This document shows, in pieces, positions 33,300-38,896 of a stretch of 38,896 bases of DNA. Where the stretch lies: the NCBI GenBank assembly GCA_013115145.1, contig JAAPAO010000328.1, positions 1-38,896 of the forward strand, written 5' to 3'. The translations under genes were made by a program, and so were the position numbers. This DNA is from Perkinsus chesapeaki ATCC PRA-425. Its lineage: Eukaryota; Protista; Perkinsozoa. Below the pieces are notes generated by a model, which was given only the letters and a program-made list of their open reading frames with translations, was not told where the DNA came from and searched no databases. Position 1 is the first letter of the stretch; every line of letters begins with the position of its first letter.

Positions 33300-35200
33300 G
33301 TTGTGTTACAACGACTACTACGCTATCCCTAACGAGATAGTGCAAGTCCACACTTTCAATGGGGAAATGTTCGAAATTATACAATTCGAACAAACTTGAT
33401 GAGAAATCGTCGAGATTTTATTCGATTGCAACGGAGAGTCGTCCGGGAAGCCCGAACTGAGTCCTGCTGAGGCAATCTACCGGGTGCGTAGAATGATACT
33501 ATCTTCATAGCCCCTCCCCTCCCCCCGACTTGTATTTAACCCTTCCATCCTCTGCAAACACTCTCAACCACGTCCTCCTTATAGCATCCCTTTTCTCAAA
33601 GTTACCATTAGAGCTATAAATACCCAGGAAAATATCCGACACTAAAATCACACATTTTTCCCAAAATTCGTCACTTTTGCCTACTTGCTTGCCGACGAGA
33701 CCCGCAAAGTGTCTCGATTGTCGACCAGAGCCTCGTCGAAAACGGTTCGTGGTATCTGCGCCACGAAATTACCCCACCCCCCTAGAAGTGCAATATAACC
33801 GATAATATAAAACATCCAGCAGCATGTCCTGATAGCTCCACAGGAATTTCATTTGCCTCTCCAAATCGTGCAAGAGCCCCAAAAACGATCCTACAGTTCG
33901 GACTCCACCCTCCTCCTCGACAGTTCTAACTCTTACCAATTTCAAAATAAGTCTCGTTGAAGGCTGCCACGGCATTAGCGAACATGGTCGATACCCGATA
34001 GTACCCGTTGTAGGCCGGGACCGTATGATAAGCCAACGCCTGAACAACAATCCTGACCCCCTCAAGCTCCAAATATTACATTTATCATCGCCTCACTCAG
34101 AAAATCACGCTTGTGAAGATCATCTAGGATAATAGTAAATCGATAACGTTCAAAGGCTTTCTTGTAAACCTCAAACCTTTCGCTTGGCGAGCTGCGAGGA
34201 TCGCCATCAAAGTAAATATGGTCGGCCGTCTCGGTGTGCTGACAGAGCTGGTGGTGCTATGTGAAGAGTGAGAACGCACCTCTGATGCTTGTGCATAGAT
34301 CTGGAGCCATTCGCGAGGCCAATTGGTTGGCTGTCCAGTAGCCGAAAGTCCCTCTACAGGGGGGAATAATAGTGACACGAAGCTAGTTTTCTGAGATGCA
34401 TGCATCGACGTAAGATTCTCCTGCTCGATTACTCTCATCAACAGTTCCTGAATAGGCACCCCTTTGTGATTAGGATCACTCGCATCCGTCGGTAAAGTGA
34501 ACTCCACCTCATCTAGATGTATCAACTCACCCCTCTCCCCGATGGCTCGAGTCTGCCCGAATGGCAACCAGGTAATATTATTGGTAAAAACATAACTGAA
34601 CACATTCTCACAAGACGCCAGGCCGCCAGCTGCCCCTACTCGAAATTATCTATGTTAATGTCGGGCGAGGAGGGCGGAGCATGCAAATAGGCAGCCACGC
34701 ACGAGCCATCATCTCCTATAATCAACAAAAACTCATTTTTTGAATTGAGCTTTCTCATCTGACTGGAACTGCTTAATTACACTCCAGCGAATGCCATGGT
34801 TGCTCATGATCAGTTTCACAGGGACATATTTCCGCCCAAACAGTCACAAGGTAAAGATGGGCATCCTGCCCTTCGGAAACATTAATATTCAATCTTTATA
34901 CAAAGTGAGTAAGCATCCCAATCGCTCTATATCGGCGCCTTAAGAAGGGCCGCCTCATTCTCCCCTCTGACCGCCCAGGGGGTCCTCTAGCCCTAGCAAC
35001 TCTGATACTAGGAGATACAAAATGTTCTTAATCGCAACTTTCAAAAATCTATTCCCAAAAAGTAAGCGTCGGATGGAAGCGTTCCACTATGCCCCCTCCC
35101 CCCTTCCACTACCAGTAGCCACTGTAATGTTATCATCGGTAAAGAACTGAACCTCTATAGCGACTGCTATACCGCACAAGATCCATAAAGTTAAGAACAT
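33300..35200 (-). CDS. Coding-like exons of unknown function, either the N-terminal part of the GT31 gene or a separate gene
   Basis: Open frames 33769-34065 and 34124-34603 plus shorter GT/AG-bounded coding-like segments (e.g. DAHLYLVTVWAEICPCE). No family recognised. Confidence 0.35.
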
Positions 35201-35614
35201 GGAAAACAGATACAACTATGGTTCATTCAAGGTCATTGACACCTTTTTAAGGACTATTTCAGTACCTCATCAAACTTATAAAAATAGTATCTGGTTCACA
35301 CTGGTTGAAGTTGTTGAACGTATCTTTAATATACCTTCACCAACTTAACCAAAAATACGTTTATTAAACTGTAGTACTAGATATTTTATATATAACTATG
35401 GAAAGTTCCACATCATCCGTAACACCTCTCTAAGCTTATAAAAATGCCTTCAACTTAAACAAAAGCGCTTTAGACCACCAACTGCTATATGGTAGTATAA
35501 CACGACTGACAATCATTATGGATCATCTAACATATTTACAATATTATATGATCCTCCTGCGTCACTGGACAACCCAACAACCTCAATAATAGAAACGGTT
35601 ATTCTTTGAATAGC

Positions 35615-36571
35615 CTAGATGCCCCTCTGAGCATTCTGATTGGTATAAATGAAAAATGGGTTTGGTGTGTCCCTAGATATATCGGCCCAAGTATGGTTAA
35701 CATCTCTATGTCGATCCTCATCAGCTCGCATGCAAATTAATGCGTCCAAAAGGGTAGCATTTTCCGGTAGGTAGTAGTAGGCCTTGGCGTAGTAAGGCGC
35801 AGTTCGCTCGAATTCGGGCACTTTGCCATTTTCAACATCCTCAATAATGCTAGTATATGTCTTGAAGGCTTCTTCTTCTAAATAACCTACAAATCTATGA
35901 CAGAACTTCGGCGACAGTGAATAAGCTGCCGAGTAGAAGAGGAAGAATGCTCCTTGAGCACCAGTAATGAGGGAACGGAGAAACCAACCGTGATCGATCA
36001 ACGACTGTGATATTAACAAATGCATTCTTTCATCCTCGGCCTCCTCGATGAGGGTTGGTATCCATCCGTAATCACGTTGCATTGACCGTAGAGACCGCAG
36101 ATGGCGATTAACTGCGGCCACCATGCCGGGAATCGCAGCGATAGTCTCCAAGAAAATAAGACGATGAGCGTATATTTTATAATCGTGCTTTAGGAAATCA
36201 TAACCAGAAAAAAGATCATAACCGGACCGACATAGACAAACCAGAGAGTAGGCCAAGCGATCTTGGACGGTCTTTGGCTTCAGATGTTGACCGGCGATAG
36301 CCCGAGCTTCGGGGATGCTCCAACGGGCGTGAAAGATACTACCTATACCGTTTGTAGATTCTGAAAGGGCAATAAGGATGGCAGAGGTTTAGGGCTTACC
36401 ATTAACCTTAGTAGCTTCTTTCACTTCAACTTGGTCTTGAAGATCTTCGGTAAAATCTATGGGCTTAGCTTCAGTGGCAAATGAGCGAGCTGGTATGACC
36501 GGAAACAACCGAACACTTGCAGTGGCACGAATGAACGTTGGTAAGGAGCGAGAGACAGTTGAAGACAACAT
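35615..36571 (-). CDS. AOX: Mitochondrial alternative oxidase (305 aa, one 39-bp intron at 36361-36399)
   Basis: Ser/Arg-rich presequence MLSSTVSRSLPTFIRA..RSFAT; LETIAAIPGMV, EEAEDERMHL, FCHRFVGYLEEEA and RADEDRHRDVNH di-iron motifs; exons 172+746 nt = 306 codons including the stop. Confidence 0.97.
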
Positions 36572-36856
36572 ATGGGTAAAAAATTACTACTAGATGTACG
36601 GCTTCGAGAATCGGGGAAGGGATATGCATTGTGGTGTTCGGATGATTCGATATGTTTGAATTATTCGTTGGTTCGATCCCCGGTTGCGGAAGTTCTCTGT
36701 ACTTTTATACTGCGGATGCTGACCAACTACGTATATCTGCCAGTAAATATATCATATATTATCGAAAACTTACAAGTATCTGTGACCAAAAAGCACTAAC
36801 GCTTTCCCCAAGCCTCTTGAGGGAGCAAATCTTCATTTATAGAGCTTGTTTTTAAC

Positions 36857-37090
36857 ATGGCAAGTGTCTCATCATCGGCGGGACCTGATTCACCAGAAGA
36901 TGATGGAAAGAGTGGTATGATGTTATTGAACATACGGATAGCTGGAGGAGCTAAGAACACTTGTAGAGAGCAATTGGATTTTACTAAGGAAATTGATGGG
37001 GTAGAAAAGGGGGCGGTTATGGAGTATCTGAGCTCCATGCGTGAAAGATACGCGAAGGGTCAGTCTGTTAACGCAGTGCGTGGTGGATAA
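36857..37090 (+). CDS. Small hypothetical protein (77 aa unspliced, ending VRGG), divergent from AOX
   Basis: ATG after TTTTTAAC; plausible composition. A possible GTCAGT donor after YAK would give a different C-terminus. Confidence 0.4.
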   Translation: MASVSSSAGPDSPEDDGKSGMMLLNIRIAGGAKNTCREQLDFTKEIDGVEKGAVMEYLSSMRERYAKGQSVNAVRGG

Positions 37091-37280
37091 TATAAGGTTT
37101 TACGATACACCTTATATTGTTTAAGACTTTCTCTCCGAGTTTTTCGTCACCTGTATTTATGAAAACCTGAATTTTTACAAAAGCACCGCGAGTAGCTGAG
37201 ATGTTCTTGCGTGATAAGAATGAGCATTATTAACCACATGATCGATCATTGAGCTCATAGTTCCAAATCAATTCGTACAG

Positions 37281-37586
37281 CTACTCATCAAGCGGACCCT
37301 CCCTCCCCTTGGGCAGCTCGTACCCAACCACATCGCCGCTTTGGCATTTGAACGATTGCGACTTCTTGTACAGCCGTAGATGCTGACTTGGATGTAGACA
37401 ACTCATTTTGGGCCGATCGAGGCACCTGAGGCATATGGTTCTTAAGGTTGTGAAATGATCAGTCTCGAATAAACGCAAGTGTCGGGTATATGTTTTATAA
37501 TCAACCACTCTACTAGAAGGACTATACGAACTAGAGGGAATCTGAATGACAACTCGTATCAGCGGATTTTCAAGGATCGGCGACAT
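37281..37586 (-). CDS. Hypothetical ORF (101 aa)
   Basis: ATG-started ORF filling an otherwise empty interval; no motif recognised. Confidence 0.25.
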   Translation of the reverse strand: MSPILENPLIRVVIQIPSSSYSPSSRVVDYKTYTRHLRLFETDHFTTLRTICLRCLDRPKMSCLHPSQHLRLYKKSQSFKCQSGDVVGYELPKGREGPLDE

Positions 37587-37761
37587 CGAGACCTCTTCTT
37601 GAGGCGTCGGAAGGATGCATCAAACCCGTAGACTGATCCACTAAGAATTGGTATAGGTGACGATGGATAATAATAGTTTAAAAAATCGTGCAAGCGATCG
37701 CTCACCGATAGTATATTTCACATACTTTCCAATTGCTCCAAATCTATGCGGTTTGCCGAAA

Positions 37762-38896
37762 ATGGGGTTACCTGGTAACCCTCGGGAGCGCCGATATGGT
37801 GGGGGGAGGCAGCGGTAAACAAGGTCTCCTCAATGACTTGTCTATCGCTCGATAACCCGCAAAATTTGCGTTCATATCCACAACTCTAGCTGTTCGTCCG
37901 GCGATTCACCAGTACTCGGCAAAACTCGACAAAATTTATTATTTATTTGGTCTCAGAATCTTACCTTGGCCCAGGCCGAGACGGAGCTTCTTAAAGAAGA
38001 AAATTTCACAGAGGGCGGAGACACTCGAGCCACTTGGATCGTAGCTGGTAGATCAGCTCTGGCCATTTGTCGTTCACGCTGTTTCGTTCAGGTTCGCTGT
38101 TACCTCGGAATGTCCCTATGAAAGATATTGATAAACTACAGCGCGCAGATGTTGTTGTGCAAGTGTGAGCAAGTTTTAGTTCCACTTTGCGTGCTCTACT
38201 GTAGAGTCAGGTTCCTACAGTCCTCAGCTGGCCATAACGCAAGCGAAGGTGAAGGCTCCACTGGAACGGTGAATCTTGATAGGATGGATACTTTTGACGA
38301 CAGCGTATCTGTGTTTGCGTACTTGGTAATGCGGGAGTGTGGTGTTTTGTAAGGTATGGTGCCCATTTAGATATCCGGCATTGGTCTGGCTCTCACGTGG
38401 CGGTTTTTGATGGGTAATGGTCGGGCATTCCTGTCCTGGAATGACGATTCTACAGTCCTGCAGACCCTCACGCTGGTGTGCATTTATGGGTGAGTCTCGG
38501 TGGTGATGAGGGGTAAGCTGATTGATAGGTTCACGTTCCTGTGGATAGCAACTATTCTGGGAGTGCTGTTACGGAATGCAACACCAGTGACAGCTACGGA
38601 GGCAACTACTCAGGGGTCGAGTGCTGCAGAAGGGCAAACCAGGGCAGAAGGGCAAACCAGGGCAGAAGGGCAAGCCAGGGCAGAAGGGCAAGCCAGGGCA
38701 GAAGGGCAAGCCAGTGCAGAAGAGGGAGCCAGTGCAGAAGGGCAAACCGGTGCAGAAGGGCAAGCCAGGGCAGAAGGGCAAACCGGTAGAGAAGGGCAAG
38801 CCAGTGCAGAAGGGCAAGCCAGTGCAGAAGGGCAAGCCAGGGCAGAAGGGCAAGCCAGGGCAGAAGGGCAAGCCAGGGCAGAAGGGCAAGCCAGGG
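37762..38896 (+). CDS. Partial multi-exon membrane protein with AEGQAR-type hexapeptide repeats, running off the window
   Basis: GT-AG splicing gives MGLPGNPRERRY...NLTLAQAETELL...RADVVVQVPQLAITQAKVKAPLERMDTFDDSVSVFAYLISGIGLALTWRFLMVLQTLTLVCIYGFTFLWIATILGVLLRNATP...AEGQTR; no stop before the window end. Confidence 0.6.
38626..38896 (+). repeat. 18-bp tandem repeat (GCAGAAGGGCAAGCCAGG consensus), 15 copies to the window edge
   Basis: Direct count of units; variants encode AEGQAR, AEGQTR, AEGQAS, AEGQTG, AEEGAS and REGQAS. Confidence 0.95.

Noticed and set aside
36669-36683. B-box-like GGTTCGATCCCC upstream of AOX as a tRNA
   Set aside because: No paired T-stem, A-box, anticodon arm or acceptor stem.
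37765-37781. Palindrome GGGTTACC-T-GGTAACCC as a regulatory site
   Set aside because: It lies in the first codons (MGLPGNP) of the predicted gene; a single instance.
38541-38889. ORF-track proteins RRANQG (38541-38789 +) and CPGLPF (38569-38889 -)
   Set aside because: Shadow frames of the 18-bp repeat; splice continuity favours the AEGQAR frame.
1-38896. Transposons, rRNA, snRNA
   Set aside because: No reverse transcriptase, integrase or transposase motifs, LTRs or TIRs, and no recognisable rRNA/snRNA sequence; ATCTTACCTTGG near 37948 only loosely resembles U1 and is inside predicted coding sequence.

Overview
Gene-dense eukaryotic genomic DNA, very likely from a perkinsid alveolate (Perkinsus-like). 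Support: many ~35-60 nt GT-AG introns, pyrimidine-AG acceptor-like sites just before ATGs, and a 12-nt match to the 3' end of the Perkinsus-type spliced leader at the window edge. Left to right: SL-like relic; small secreted protein; EF-hand protein; plant/bacterial-type glutaminyl cyclase ending in a 29-bp satellite with an assembly gap; DNA 3'-phosphatase (PNK3P HAD); 4-TM membrane protein; four tandem intronless AAAP/SLC38-type amino acid transporters, two sharing a 311-bp identical tract; a hypothetical spliced gene; an S41-type peptidase gene broken by a frameshift and two in-frame stops; a ~5.9-kb MORN + pseudokinase + disordered-tail gene; a membrane-anchored coiled-coil protein; a degenerate tRNA-like element; a GT31 glycosyltransferase; alternative oxidase with an unusual EEAEDERMHL motif; a small ORF ending in Gly-Gly; and a partial membrane-protein gene with 18-bp AEGQAR repeats. 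I recognised no CRISPR array, rRNA or intact transposon. Exon structures were assembled by eye and family calls come from motif recognition, not database searches.
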